This document shows positions 1 to 8,973 of a DNA stretch of 64,000 nucleotides, piece by piece. Within the stretch, counting starts at the first letter, position 1. Each line of letters opens with the position of its first letter. The notes below the pieces were generated by a model. That model saw only the letters and a list, made by a program, of their open reading frames with translations, did not search any database and was not told the DNA's origin. The position numbers and the translations under genes are program-made. Source of the DNA: a virus; IMG/VR virus record IMGVR_UViG_3300037311_000293; one strand, 5' to 3'.

Positions 1-356
1 GCGTAGACCGTCGCGCCGTAGTACGTAGGGTAGCCGTAAGGCCAGTCCTTCCCCTGCATTTTGTCGGTCTCGTAATCCTGCCCAAAGGATTCTGGGGCGT
101 TGAGGAGACCGTTGAAGTCGAGCGGCGCGTTGTACCCGTACCAGTCTCGGTTCGAGTTCGATCCGTAGAACTCGGAGTACCCCATCGCGTTTACGAGGGT
201 GTAGGTGTACCGGGGATCAGGTTTCAACGAGTCGATGAAGCGCTGGACGGAGGGCACCAGGGGACTCGCCGTCTTCACCTGTTCACCAGGCGTGATGACG
301 CGTACCAGGGGCTCTCCGTCAGGCTCACCTTGGAGATATGCGCGCTTGATCAGCAT
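1..356 (-). CDS. Putative prohead (capsid maturation) protease, N-terminal part; runs off the window edge (missing from ORF track)
   Basis: Manual translation from ATG 356 is open to the edge for 118 codons: MLIKRAYLQGEPDGEPLVRVITPGEQVKTASPLVPSVQRFIDSLKPDPRYTYTLVNAMGYSEFYGSNSNRDWYGYN...GYPTYYGATVY. The start overlaps the stop of the upstream gene. The LVNAMG..E.YG.N.N.D....TYY...VY pattern recalls the N-terminus of HK97/herpes-fold prohead proteases. Catalytic residues lie outside the window. Confidence 0.5.
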   Translation of the reverse strand, partial: MLIKRAYLQGEPDGEPLVRVITPGEQVKTASPLVPSVQRFIDSLKPDPRYTYTLVNAMGYSEFYGSNSNRDWYGYNAPLDFNGLLNAPESFGQDYETDKMQGKDWPYGYPTYYGATVY

Positions 357-1051
357 CGCTTCCGGATCGCGGAGGACAGGCGCCGCGCCGCCGAGGTCTT
401 GAAAGCACCCTGAGCCACGGCCTCGAGAAGTTGCTTCTGGTCCATCCCATACTGCTGGGCGGCGTGGCCGAGGTTCCGGGCCACCCGATCGGCGTACGCC
501 GTGACCTTCTCCTGCGCCTGTCGCTCTTGTACGCCCTTGAGCTGGCCCTTCAGCGAGGCGATCTCGCCGTGCTCCTTGTCGACTTCGCGGTACCGCGTGA
601 TGCCGCGGTCGACAAGACGCTCCACCGCGGCCCCAGGGCCGGGCCCGGCTTCGGAACGCGCGGCCGAGGCCATCTGGGAACGAATGCCGCTGAGATCCTT
701 CACGGCGTCGAGGAGTGCGCGGCTCGATTGAACGGCGTCGAGCCCGCCGGACTCCACGATGGTGTCGACCCAAGCCCCAGCCACCATGGGGTCTTTCGCC
801 ATGGTGGGGTTGACGTTGTGGAGGCTGTTGTAGATCCGTCCCACCAGCACGGGATCACGGCCCTTGAGCTGTGGGTGGATGTTCAGCATCTCCTTGTACG
901 CCACGGCCTTCCGCTTGGCTTCGCGCATGCGGCCGATCGCGCCGGCCGCAGCCGTCACACCGAGACCAGCACCCGCAGCGGCCATGGGGCCCCAGAATCC
1001 AGGATCTTTGATGAGGCTCTTGAAAACCCCGTGCTGAGAGTACTTCGGCAT
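350..1051 (-). CDS. Putative internal head/ejection protein (Gly/Ala-zipper hydrophobic segment plus coiled coil)
   Basis: ATG 1051 has a GAGGAG RBS (the track's upstream extension is unlikely). Contains GPMAAAGAGLGVTAAAGAIG and a C-terminal KTSAA. Lies in the operon with the putative protease. Confidence 0.5.
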   Translation of the reverse strand: MPKYSQHGVFKSLIKDPGFWGPMAAAGAGLGVTAAAGAIGRMREAKRKAVAYKEMLNIHPQLKGRDPVLVGRIYNSLHNVNPTMAKDPMVAGAWVDTIVESGGLDAVQSSRALLDAVKDLSGIRSQMASAARSEAGPGPGAAVERLVDRGITRYREVDKEHGEIASLKGQLKGVQERQAQEKVTAYADRVARNLGHAAQQYGMDQKQLLEAVAQGAFKTSAARRLSSAIRKRC

Positions 1052-1058
1052 GAACTCC

Positions 1059-1322
1059 TCACGTGTAGAGAAGGCGGTACTTCGCCTCGTCGTACTTCTG
1101 CTTGGCCTTCCGGCCGCCCAAGTAGGTACCACCAGCCAGCGCGGCGTACCCCGCCACACGACCGGCCTTCTCGTTGGTCCCGAGGCCGCGGGCCAGCCCG
1201 GCACCGGCCTCGCCGCTGCCCTTGGCCACCCGACGAAGGAAGGCGCCCGCGGCTTCTGCCTTTTCGGCCGCGGACGCCGTCTTCAAGAGACCGATCGAAA
1301 GCGCGAGGGTCTTCGTCTTCAT
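1059..1322 (-). CDS. Small putative virion protein with KTAS motif and Gly zipper
   Basis: ATG 1322 overlaps the upstream stop (ATGA). Contains LLKTASAAEK and AGRVAGYAALAGGTYLGG. Confidence 0.55.
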   Translation of the reverse strand: MKTKTLALSIGLLKTASAAEKAEAAGAFLRRVAKGSGEAGAGLARGLGTNEKAGRVAGYAALAGGTYLGGRKAKQKYDEAKYRLLYT

Positions 1323-2131
1323 CGCTCTTCCTCCAGCCACGCCGTGACATCGGCGAGGTTCTTCTCCAGATCGCGGAGCGCGAGCTGGTGGGCCTGGTAG
1401 GTCTTGGCCTCCTTCACGAGTTCCGCGAAAGCAGACACGACCGGGGCGGCAGGATTGATGATCCGAGACGCCACCTTCTGATTGCTGGCCTTCATGAAAG
1501 GCGAGAACCGACGAAACGCGACCTTCGCGGATTCGGCGTCGACGAGACTCCAGGCCTCAAGAAGCTCGGAGGGCGAAGTACCCTGTGAAGTCGCAGAGAC
1601 CACGGCCTCCGCCAGCTTCTCCACGGCCATCGACATCCGCTCCTTGGCAGCCTCAGAGCTCTGTACGAGCTCGTCGTGTCCCGCAGCCAGCTTGCTGCGG
1701 AGCGACATGACGTCGCCCAACACCCCGGCACGGGTACGCTCGGATTCAGTGAAGGACGCCGCAGAAGACTTCGAGAAGTCCGGCGGCATGGAGTATTCGA
1801 GGGCGTCGATGGTGACCTCCCGAGGCCGTGCCTCTTTGTGCAGAGCCTGTAGCACTTCCACGGGGTCTGCGGGTCCGCCGTCGATGTGGACGTGGCGAAG
1901 ATGCCCCGAGGTCGAGGCGTACTTGCGCTGGAACGCTTCGATGTTGGCGAACTCCACGACGCGACGAACCTGCTCGGAGTTCAGTTTCTCGTGACCCACC
2001 GTTTGGACGACGGCGTCGGTGAGGCTGATTCCTGCGGTGTCTGCGAGGTGCGCGGCCTGCTTTCCCAGGTGCTCGAAGAGCCCGGGGTCGACTGACCGCC
2101 CGCGTACGTGGAGCGTGTCGTGGCGCGTCAT
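1319..2131 (-). CDS. Putative head scaffold/core protein
   Basis: ATG 2131 has a GGAG RBS. Helical/coiled-coil composition with GKQAA and QKVAS motifs. First gene of a head operon. Confidence 0.5.
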   Translation of the reverse strand: MTRHDTLHVRGRSVDPGLFEHLGKQAAHLADTAGISLTDAVVQTVGHEKLNSEQVRRVVEFANIEAFQRKYASTSGHLRHVHIDGGPADPVEVLQALHKEARPREVTIDALEYSMPPDFSKSSAASFTESERTRAGVLGDVMSLRSKLAAGHDELVQSSEAAKERMSMAVEKLAEAVVSATSQGTSPSELLEAWSLVDAESAKVAFRRFSPFMKASNQKVASRIINPAAPVVSAFAELVKEAKTYQAHQLALRDLEKNLADVTAWLEEER

Positions 2132-2162
2132 GGTATGGATCTCCAGCCGATCTGCCTGTGAG

Positions 2163-2169
2163 TAGGGTA
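2163..2169. promoter_or_regulatory. Symmetric TAnnnTA element: overlapping divergent -10 hexamers (TAGGGT on +, TACCCT on -)
   Basis: TAGGGTA lies in the 71-bp gap between divergent starts 2131(-) and 2203(+). The same pattern occurs at 54085 and 63181. Confidence 0.45.
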
Positions 2170-2202
2170 CCTTACGTGGCACCAGTAGGGGAATACATCG
2201 CA

Positions 2203-2715
2203 ATGATTCGTACACTGGATCGCGCGTTGCTACAAGCAAGAGTCGAAGACCTCGAGCGCCAGGTCGACGCCCTGAATGCTCAGATCGTCGGGCGAACCTC
2301 CGGGCTTTTCCGGCCTGAACAGCTTGTCACGCTCTACATGGACGCGGCGAAGACCCCGGCTTACGACGAGATGTCGGCGCGTCATTGGGCCCGGCAAATC
2401 TTCTGCCTCGATGTCCGCCAGTTCCTGTTCATGGCCCGGCTGTGCCGTGACCCCTTCCCCTGGCAGCCCTTTCTCCGCCTACTCGACCTCTACGTAGTCG
2501 AGGGCTTCGACTACCTCGTCGACGACGCCCACAGCCATGTGTTGTCCGTGGCTCAGGGCCTGTTGAACATCCAGGGTCTCCGTAAGATCGGCCCACGAGA
2601 TGTCATGGGCAACCCGCTGCGCATAAAAGCTGCGATCTCTACTATCAGAGATCGAGGAGGCTCTAGTGCAGCTAACCGTAAAGATCTCGGATCTGTGGAC
2701 GGCAACCGTCGATAA
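2203..2715 (+). CDS. Hypothetical protein (N-terminal coiled coil)
   Basis: ATG 2203 has a GGGGAA RBS-like element. First gene of the gyrB operon. Confidence 0.65.
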   Translation: MIRTLDRALLQARVEDLERQVDALNAQIVGRTSGLFRPEQLVTLYMDAAKTPAYDEMSARHWARQIFCLDVRQFLFMARLCRDPFPWQPFLRLLDLYVVEGFDYLVDDAHSHVLSVAQGLLNIQGLRKIGPRDVMGNPLRIKAAISTIRDRGGSSAANRKDLGSVDGNRR

Positions 2716-2881
2716 CGTCAGCGTCATTCTGACGGCCGGAAAATCCGGACTACGGATCAAGATCACACCACAGGCCGTGACGCTGACCGCGACGGGTGCG
2801 GACGACAGCGTCTTGGGCGAGCGTGTCTTCTCGATGGAAGAGGTTCTCAAGGCCGTCCCGGCCATCTTGGGGGTTCAATGA
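2666..2881 (+). CDS. Small hypothetical protein
   Basis: 71-aa beta-rich ORF whose stop overlaps the gyrB start (ATGA). Confidence 0.55.
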   Translation: MQLTVKISDLWTATVDNVSVILTAGKSGLRIKITPQAVTLTATGADDSVLGERVFSMEEVLKAVPAILGVQ

Positions 2882-4800
2882 GTAAGGGCAAGGCATACAA
2901 CGCCAGTGCGATTCGTCAGCTCAAGGGTCTCGAGGCCGTCCGAGAACGACCCGGCATGTATCTCGGCGACCCCACCAGCGGCGACGCCCTCCACCACCTC
3001 ATCAAGGAGGTCGTCGACAACAGCGTCGACGAACATCTCGCCGGGTACTGCAATGAGATCGAGGTCGAGCTCTTCACCAACGGGTTGTGTTCCGTTCGAG
3101 ACAATGGCCGTGGCATCCCCGTCGACATCCACCCCGAAGAAGGGGTCAGCGCCCTCCAGATGGTGATGTGCTCGTTGCACGCCGGAGGGAAGTTCGACCA
3201 CGACAGCTACGAGAAGTCGGCCGGTCTTCACGGTGTCGGCGTCTCCGCCGTCAACGCCGTTAGCGAGGAATGCGCCGCCCACATCTGGCGCGACGGTACC
3301 TACTGGACGCAGACCTACACCCGCGGTGTACCTGACGGTCCGGTACAGAAGATGGGCCCGTGGCCCGGTCCCACCGGCACGATGATCGTATGGAAGCGCG
3401 ACCTCGAGATCTTCCGTGACGTCATCGAGTACGACAGGAAGATCGTCGCAGACCGCCTTCGTGAGCTCGCCTTCCTGAACCCCGGGCTCAAGATCACGCT
3501 CAAGGACCATCGGGAGAAGAAGCCGGTGGTGGAGGTCTACGACTATCGAAACGGGATCGTCGACTACCTCAAGGAGGTCGTGGGCAACAAAGGCGCGCTG
3601 TTCCCCGTTCTGTACTTCACGGACTCCGCAGCAGTCGAGATGGCGTTCACCTGGACCGGAAAGCACGACGAAGACATCCGCTGCTACGCCAACAACACGC
3701 ACAACAGAGACGGCGGAACCCACCTCACTGGGTTCAAGAACGGGCTCACACGCCTGATCACAAACTACGCCAAGGAGCACAACATGCTCCGAGATCTTCC
3801 CGGCGACGGCCTGACTGGTGGCGACATCCGAGAGGGCATCGTGGCCATCGTGAACACCCGGTTGAAGGAAGTGGCCTTCAGCTCGCAGACCAAAGACAAG
3901 TTGGTCACGCCCAGAGCAAAGACGGTGGTCGAGGAGCTCTTCGTCGACCAAGTCGCCCACTACTTCGAGAAGGAGCCTGGTCTGGCCAAGAAGATCGCCG
4001 AGAAAGCGATCATCAATGCGAAGGCCAGAGAGGCGGCGCGGAAGGCCCGAGATCAGGTCCAGCGCAAGGAATGGATGGACCCGTTGAGCCTTCCGGGCAA
4101 GCTGGCCGACTGCCAGAGCAAGCGCCCGGACGAATGTGAGCTCTTCATCGTCGAAGGCGATTCTGCCGGTGGCTCAGCCAAGGGCGGACGCGATCGCCGA
4201 TTCCAAGCCATTCTCCCGCTGCGTGGCAAGGTGCTGAACGTCGAGCGCGCCGATGCCGAAAGCATCCTCGAGAACAAGGAGATCGGAACGCTCATCACCG
4301 CCATGGGTTGCGGTATCGAGCAGTCCAACACCTTCAACTCGAAGAAGCTGAGGTACGGCAAGATCATCATCATGACCGATGCAGATGTTGATGGCGCCCA
4401 CATCCGCACGCTGCTGCTGACCTTCTTCTACCGCTGCATGCCGCGGCTGCTCCACGACGGCCACATCTACATCGCGCAGCCCCCGCTTTACGGGGTTCAC
4501 ATGGGGAAGACCACGAAGTACTTCACAGATCCCGAAAGTCTCGAGGCCTTCCGGGCCACCTTGGACGTAGGCTCGCGGAAGTCGTACCGCATCACACGGT
4601 ACAAGGGTCTAGGTGAGATGAACGCCGAGGATCTGTGGCACACCACACTGAACCCGGATAACCGCGTGCTGCGTCAGGTGACGGTTGCAGATGCCGTCGA
4701 GGCCGAAGACTACTTCACGTTGCTCATGGGAGACGACGTCGACGATCGCAGGCGTTGGATCGACAACAACGCACAGTACGCCGGTGATCTGGATATCTGA
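2878..4800 (+). CDS. gyrB: Type IIA topoisomerase B subunit (GyrB/ParE family)
   Basis: GHKL motifs GLEAVRERPGMYLG, EVVDNSVDE, DNGRGIP, LHAGGKF and GLHGVGVSAVNA; TOPRIM motifs IVEGDSAGGS, PLRGKVLN, IMTDADVDG and RYKGLGEM. 640 aa. Confidence 0.95.
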   Translation: MSKGKAYNASAIRQLKGLEAVRERPGMYLGDPTSGDALHHLIKEVVDNSVDEHLAGYCNEIEVELFTNGLCSVRDNGRGIPVDIHPEEGVSALQMVMCSLHAGGKFDHDSYEKSAGLHGVGVSAVNAVSEECAAHIWRDGTYWTQTYTRGVPDGPVQKMGPWPGPTGTMIVWKRDLEIFRDVIEYDRKIVADRLRELAFLNPGLKITLKDHREKKPVVEVYDYRNGIVDYLKEVVGNKGALFPVLYFTDSAAVEMAFTWTGKHDEDIRCYANNTHNRDGGTHLTGFKNGLTRLITNYAKEHNMLRDLPGDGLTGGDIREGIVAIVNTRLKEVAFSSQTKDKLVTPRAKTVVEELFVDQVAHYFEKEPGLAKKIAEKAIINAKAREAARKARDQVQRKEWMDPLSLPGKLADCQSKRPDECELFIVEGDSAGGSAKGGRDRRFQAILPLRGKVLNVERADAESILENKEIGTLITAMGCGIEQSNTFNSKKLRYGKIIIMTDADVDGAHIRTLLLTFFYRCMPRLLHDGHIYIAQPPLYGVHMGKTTKYFTDPESLEAFRATLDVGSRKSYRITRYKGLGEMNAEDLWHTTLNPDNRVLRQVTVADAVEAEDYFTLLMGDDVDDRRRWIDNNAQYAGDLDI

Positions 4801-4823
4801 GTGCAAAAACCAGTCCGAAATCA

Positions 4824-4837
4824 CCTATTAGTAGATG
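4824..4837 (+). promoter_or_regulatory. CCTATYAGYARNTG motif copy (CCTATTAGTAGATG)
   Basis: Intergenic after gyrB; matches the copies at 18424, 28659 and 63208. Confidence 0.5.
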
Positions 4838-4866
4838 AAGAGGAACTATCCCTTCACAACACAAAC

Positions 4867-4895
4867 ACCCTGCATCAGTGATGCGGGTTTTTTTT
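4867..4895 (+). terminator. Intrinsic terminator
   Basis: ACCC(T)GCATC-AGT-GATGCGGGT hairpin followed by T8 (4888-4895). Confidence 0.75.
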
Positions 4896-4910
4896 CTGGA
4901 GGAGAGAACC

Positions 4911-5531
4911 ATGACGCAGACCACCGCCGCGAAGAAGACCGAGAAGAACAACGAGCAGCTCGACGCCGTCGTCGAGGCCGTCGAGAGCCGCATCGCCTCC
5001 TCGGAGGCGAAGGTGGCCGCCCACGTGGCGTCCGAGATGGAGGCCACGAAGAGTCAGATCAAGTTCCTGGCCCGCGGGCTCCAGCAGATCATCGACGGTG
5101 GGCCCGCGCCCACCGCCGGCCTGGTCATCCCGGCCTCGTCGCCGCGGCCGATCGAGGAGGGCCTCCTGGGCCTGCGCAAGCGGCCCGCCCCGGTGAAGGT
5201 GACGCTCACCGAGATGGAGGCGCTCGCTCGCGTGCCCAGCATCGCGGCGCACATGATGACCGGGGCCAGCGAGGACCCGGCGACGCAGGAGGTGCTCGAC
5301 ACCGCTGCCGCCGGCCTGCTGTCCGCCGCCGTCAAGGCCGCGTACGACGGCGGCCTCATCGAGGCGCCGAAGAAGCCGATGAGCACGGCCATGAAGGTCG
5401 GGCTCGCGGTCGGTGGGGTCGCGGTCGTCGGCGGCCTCGGCTACCTCGGCTACCGCGCCTACAAGGCGGCGGAGGCCACGGAAGCCGAGGACGAGCTGGT
5501 GGAGGCGGTGGACGCCGAGATCATCGTCTGA
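4911..5531 (+). CDS. Hypothetical tail-anchored membrane protein
   Basis: ATG 4911 has a GGAGGAG RBS. N-terminal coiled coil and C-terminal TM segment VGLAVGGVAVVGGLGYLGY. Very high GC3. Confidence 0.75.
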   Translation: MTQTTAAKKTEKNNEQLDAVVEAVESRIASSEAKVAAHVASEMEATKSQIKFLARGLQQIIDGGPAPTAGLVIPASSPRPIEEGLLGLRKRPAPVKVTLTEMEALARVPSIAAHMMTGASEDPATQEVLDTAAAGLLSAAVKAAYDGGLIEAPKKPMSTAMKVGLAVGGVAVVGGLGYLGYRAYKAAEATEAEDELVEAVDAEIIV

Positions 5532-5549
5532 CCCCGACCAGGGGTAAAA

Positions 5550-5596
5550 CAAAAGAATGGGGGACGGGCCGTAGGGCCTAGTCTCCCGCTCTTTTG
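5550..5596. terminator. Bidirectional intrinsic terminator between convergent genes
   Basis: CAAAAGA..GGGGGAC GGGCC gtag GGCCT a GTCTCCC..TCTTTTG: A-tract before and T-tract after the stem. Confidence 0.65.
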
Positions 5597-5597
5597 C

Positions 5598-7436
5598 TTA
5601 CATCGCGTAGTCCTGCGAAATCTTTGCTTCGATCTCTTCCATCGCGAAGTCTTCACTCCGACTTCGAGCCGCGTCATCCGTACTGTGCTCCTGAATCGGC
5701 GCGATGATGTCAGGCCGCCGGTGCTGCAAGAAGCTCGCGAGCATACAGTAGATGATCGAATGGAAGGTGTCGTCCGGAATACCCCGTGGTTTGTCGTATT
5801 TGATCATCTTCATCGAATCCGAGTACTCGGAATGGATCGACAAGATGTCATCGGCAAACGGGGTCTTGTAGACGTCCCAGTCGGGTAGGCGGATCTTCTT
5901 GGTCTTCAGTGCCATGAAGATGTCCGCCATGATGGGGGTGCGGAACACGATGTAGCGGTTGAGCGCGCTCTTGTACGTCACCTTCCGAGGGGATCGTGCC
6001 GCGTACTGGAACTGGTGGATACGCTTCGGGCCGAACACCGAGGTCAGCTTCTTGTTGGGGTGGAAGCCCATACCGTAGTCGACGCCAACGAACTTCAAGC
6101 GGAACTTCCGGATGAGCCGCATGATCTCTTCCATCTGCGGATCAGGATCTACAAGCTGACCATCGAAGCGCTTGGAATACAAGATCTGAAAGCTCGAGTC
6201 GTTTCGTACGTAACCGCCGACCGTGAGCACGGTGTAGGCGTGCTCACCAGTACCCCAGTCGATGCCGCCAAAGAGCTCGTGGCTCTGCGCCAACGTAGCC
6301 ACGGCATCTTCGTCCATGGTGTAGGTACTGGTCTCGTCGCAGGACATGACGAGTTCGGCGCGAGTGATCGGTTTGGTGCCGGCGTCGAAGCTCAGCGCCA
6401 TGACCTCGTTCATGAACTGCGCCGTGGGGTAGTTCTCCATGGCGTGGATGATCGAGCGCCACTTCGAATACGGATCTGGAGAGTCCATGTCGGGCTTCCA
6501 GAACCACGGCACCATGAGGCGGCAGATCCTATACCCCTCGAACTCTGCCCCTGGATTCATCTCAACCCAACGCGCCGCCGGATGCTCGGGGTTGATGGGG
6601 TGACCACAGCGGTCGCAGATCGGTCCTTTCTTGCCGATGTTCTTCGGACCCAACACGTTCCAGTGCCAGGTACCCGGCTGGTTCGGCGTACCGTGCCTGT
6701 CGCAGGGGATGCACCACTCGGCTTGGGTCGACTGCTTTGACCAAATGCTCTCGATCGTGTTGTCGAAGGTCTTCGGGGTCCCGCTGTACATGTAGAGCGG
6801 GTTCTTGAAGTGCGACGCCGTCTCCGCGATGACGGGCATGACGTCCTGCAAAAGATCCTGAACCTCATCGGCGAACACTGCGTTGTTCGACAAGCCGCGA
6901 ATACGGTCAGCGCTCAAGAAGGCATAGCGAAGGTAGATCTTCGACCGATTCAGGAACTCCTTCTCCAACAGGTTGTAAGTGAGGCTCTTGTGCGTAAGGG
7001 CCTTCACCATCGGCGACAGATCAATGATGTCGTCGATACGCGCAGTCGAAAACACCTTCGTCTGCATAGCGGACGGCGTGACGAACAACGCCGTGTACAT
7101 CGGATTCATGCCGACCAAGCTCAGCAGCCGGTTGCCGATCGTCGTCGACTTCTCGGTCTGACGACTCGTCATGAACAAGATCTTGCGCGCCTGTGTGTCG
7201 TAGACCCGGCGAAGATACTCGCGCTCCGAGAACTCGATGGGCTTGACTGCACCACGATCTCCGTCTTTGATACGGACGAAATGCTCAACCCATTGCGAGC
7301 TCTTGAGCTTGATCTTGGTTGTACGACGCCGAACCTTCTTCTTCGTGAACGGATCGTCGACCCGAGTGTTCGGCTCTCGACTGGCGTAAGCAGAGGGATC
7401 GATGTCTGAATCCGAAAAGATGGGCCTGCTCGGCAT
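5598..7436 (-). CDS. terL: Terminase large subunit (ATPase plus RNase H-like nuclease; GpA-like with Zn-ribbon linker)
   Basis: Walker A variant SRQTEKST, Walker B VFADEVQD, coupling motif GTPK, WCIPC..ICDRC, and nuclease GGIDWG...DDTFH. ATG 7436 has a GAGG RBS; GTG 7505 is an alternative start. Confidence 0.9.
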   Translation of the reverse strand: MPSRPIFSDSDIDPSAYASREPNTRVDDPFTKKKVRRRTTKIKLKSSQWVEHFVRIKDGDRGAVKPIEFSEREYLRRVYDTQARKILFMTSRQTEKSTTIGNRLLSLVGMNPMYTALFVTPSAMQTKVFSTARIDDIIDLSPMVKALTHKSLTYNLLEKEFLNRSKIYLRYAFLSADRIRGLSNNAVFADEVQDLLQDVMPVIAETASHFKNPLYMYSGTPKTFDNTIESIWSKQSTQAEWCIPCDRHGTPNQPGTWHWNVLGPKNIGKKGPICDRCGHPINPEHPAARWVEMNPGAEFEGYRICRLMVPWFWKPDMDSPDPYSKWRSIIHAMENYPTAQFMNEVMALSFDAGTKPITRAELVMSCDETSTYTMDEDAVATLAQSHELFGGIDWGTGEHAYTVLTVGGYVRNDSSFQILYSKRFDGQLVDPDPQMEEIMRLIRKFRLKFVGVDYGMGFHPNKKLTSVFGPKRIHQFQYAARSPRKVTYKSALNRYIVFRTPIMADIFMALKTKKIRLPDWDVYKTPFADDILSIHSEYSDSMKMIKYDKPRGIPDDTFHSIIYCMLASFLQHRRPDIIAPIQEHSTDDAARSRSEDFAMEEIEAKISQDYAM

Positions 7437-7476
7437 GACTGGCTTCTTCCTCGGCCTTCTAGGTTCTGCGGTCTCG

Positions 7477-7550
7477 GAGTCCCGTAGCGGCAGCGACGGT
7501 GCCACATGGTTCCGTTTCGGGATGGAACCGCTACCGCAGCTACGGGACTC
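7477..7550. repeat. Perfect 12-bp inverted repeat enclosing nested stems (structured terminase leader)
   Basis: GAGTCCCGTAGC (7477-7488) and GCTACGGGACTC (7539-7550). Inner stems GGCAGC/GCTACC (G.U pair on minus RNA) and GGTTCC/GGAACC. Confidence 0.7.
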
Positions 7551-7571
7551 AGCGAAGAAGTTCTTGAAAGC

Positions 7572-7625
7572 CTACAACGCAGAGCACGGCACGAAGTTCA
7601 CCGTCTCCTTTGCGCCGTACCGCAT
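7572..7625 (-). CDS. Possible 17-aa leader peptide (MRYGAKETVNFVPCSAL)
   Basis: ATG lies 5 nt after the stop of the 124-aa gene and the ORF ends just before the leader stem-loop. May be fortuitous. Confidence 0.2.
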   Translation of the reverse strand: MRYGAKETVNFVPCSAL

Positions 7626-7630
7626 GGTAC

Positions 7631-8005
7631 TCAGAGAGGGGCGTCGATCACCGAAAAAAAGCGCTCGACGATCGGCCAAGGGTCAGGGGACGCCCCGAGA
7701 TTCTTGACGATGATGCAGAAGCTGTTGAGCTCTTCGGTGAACACGGCCTTGAGATTCTCGAGGCGAAAGCACTGAGGCATCGCCTTCTCCAAGCGCTCGG
7801 GCATCTTGAACGAAGGGTCCCAGGAGCCGTTGCTGTCCTTCGTCCGGTCCGGTGGGAAGAACTGGAACACCATCGCGCCGTCGTCGTACCGGACGCCGTA
7901 CTCGGCGACGTAGTACGTTGTGACGCGTGCCAGGCGATTCGGAAGGGCTTCGCGCAGAGAGCTGCCTTCGACGGGCGCTCCTGCGAACTCGTTGATGTCA
8001 GTCAT
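7631..8005 (-). CDS. Hypothetical protein
   Basis: 124 aa, ATGA-coupled to the upstream gene, GAGGAG RBS. Confidence 0.75.
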   Translation of the reverse strand: MTDINEFAGAPVEGSSLREALPNRLARVTTYYVAEYGVRYDDGAMVFQFFPPDRTKDSNGSWDPSFKMPERLEKAMPQCFRLENLKAVFTEELNSFCIIVKNLGASPDPWPIVERFFSVIDAPL

Positions 8006-8973
8006 GCGATCTCCTCGTCAGGTTCCTTGTCAGCAGGAACTTCAGCGTAATCGGTTGCTGGAAGATCCACCACATTACCCGGCCTAAGTGCCGGGAGGTC
8101 TTTGACCGTGTCGATCTTTGTGGCGTCGTACGTCGTCTCGATACGACGGAACTCGTCGATCAGCTCAGACGTACTGCCACGATGGCGCGTGAGCTCCTCA
8201 TCGGCGCCGCGAACCATCTGAAAAGCCATGAAGGCTGCTTGTGTCCTCTGCAAGGACGGTCGCGTACTAAGCAACGCGTGCCCCATGAACATGTTGAAGC
8301 CTTGATCTCGAATGGCGGTGTACATCGCCACCGAGCTCAACGAGTCGGCACTACGGTCTGTAAGGGCAAGAACCAATGCCGCCCCAGCCGCAGAGCGCGG
8401 GGCATTGAGCGCCGCGAGGTAGTCAGAGTTGAGCTCAGCCGTTTCCTTGGGATCTTCGCCGTCGGCTCCGAGCCAGGACACCGCGATGCGTCGCCACTCC
8501 GGGATCGAGAGCGCCCCGGGATCCCAGTAGTAATGGGCAAAGGCGCGGACAACGCGGACGTTCATCGAGCGCTCTGGAAGACCGAAGCGTCCAGCGATTC
8601 GCGTCGCAATGGCCGCAGGGGTCAGCGGTCCCAACAGAAGGGCTTGAAGCACGCGACGAATCATGGGCTCGAACAGAAGGTCGGTCGCAGCCCCCACGAA
8701 CGGGTCGTTGGTCCACATGCCGTGGATGCCCATGCGCTCCAGGAACATCGAAGTCGCCTTCTCCATCGGCTTCTTCAACGGATCGAACTCCGGAGGCAGG
8801 AGTAGCTTGCGACGATAGCGGATGAGTTCTTCCGTGAACTTGATGAGCTCCTTCTCTTTTCGAGGCAGAGGCAAAGACAGATCATCGAGATGCTCGATGA
8901 TCTGTGCAGTGCTGTAGGCCCTCTTCGTGAGGAGGTAGTTGATGTAATGCCTACTGGGGTGCCGAAGCATCAC
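8002..8973 (-). CDS. Hypothetical helical protein; candidate terminase small subunit or DNA-binding protein
   Basis: 323 aa, upstream of terL in the same operon, with an HTH-like segment LTPAAIATRIAGRFG. Function is positional inference only. Confidence 0.4.
   Translation of the reverse strand: MMLRHPSRHYINYLLTKRAYSTAQIIEHLDDLSLPLPRKEKELIKFTEELIRYRRKLLLPPEFDPLKKPMEKATSMFLERMGIHGMWTNDPFVGAATDLLFEPMIRRVLQALLLGPLTPAAIATRIAGRFGLPERSMNVRVVRAFAHYYWDPGALSIPEWRRIAVSWLGADGEDPKETAELNSDYLAALNAPRSAAGAALVLALTDRSADSLSSVAMYTAIRDQGFNMFMGHALLSTRPSLQRTQAAFMAFQMVRGADEELTRHRGSTSELIDEFRRIETTYDATKIDTVKDLPALRPGNVVDLPATDYAEVPADKEPDEEIA

Noticed and set aside
4835-4911. Programmed frameshift at T8 joining the 4835 ORF to the 4911 gene
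   Set aside because: It would need +1 rather than the canonical -1, the T run is explained as a terminator tail, and 4911 has its own strong SD.
7402-7775. Plus-strand ORFs in the terminase leader (7402-7707, 7506-7775)
   Set aside because: No promoter or SD seen, they overlap genes on both sides, and they have low-complexity basic tails. Cannot be fully excluded.
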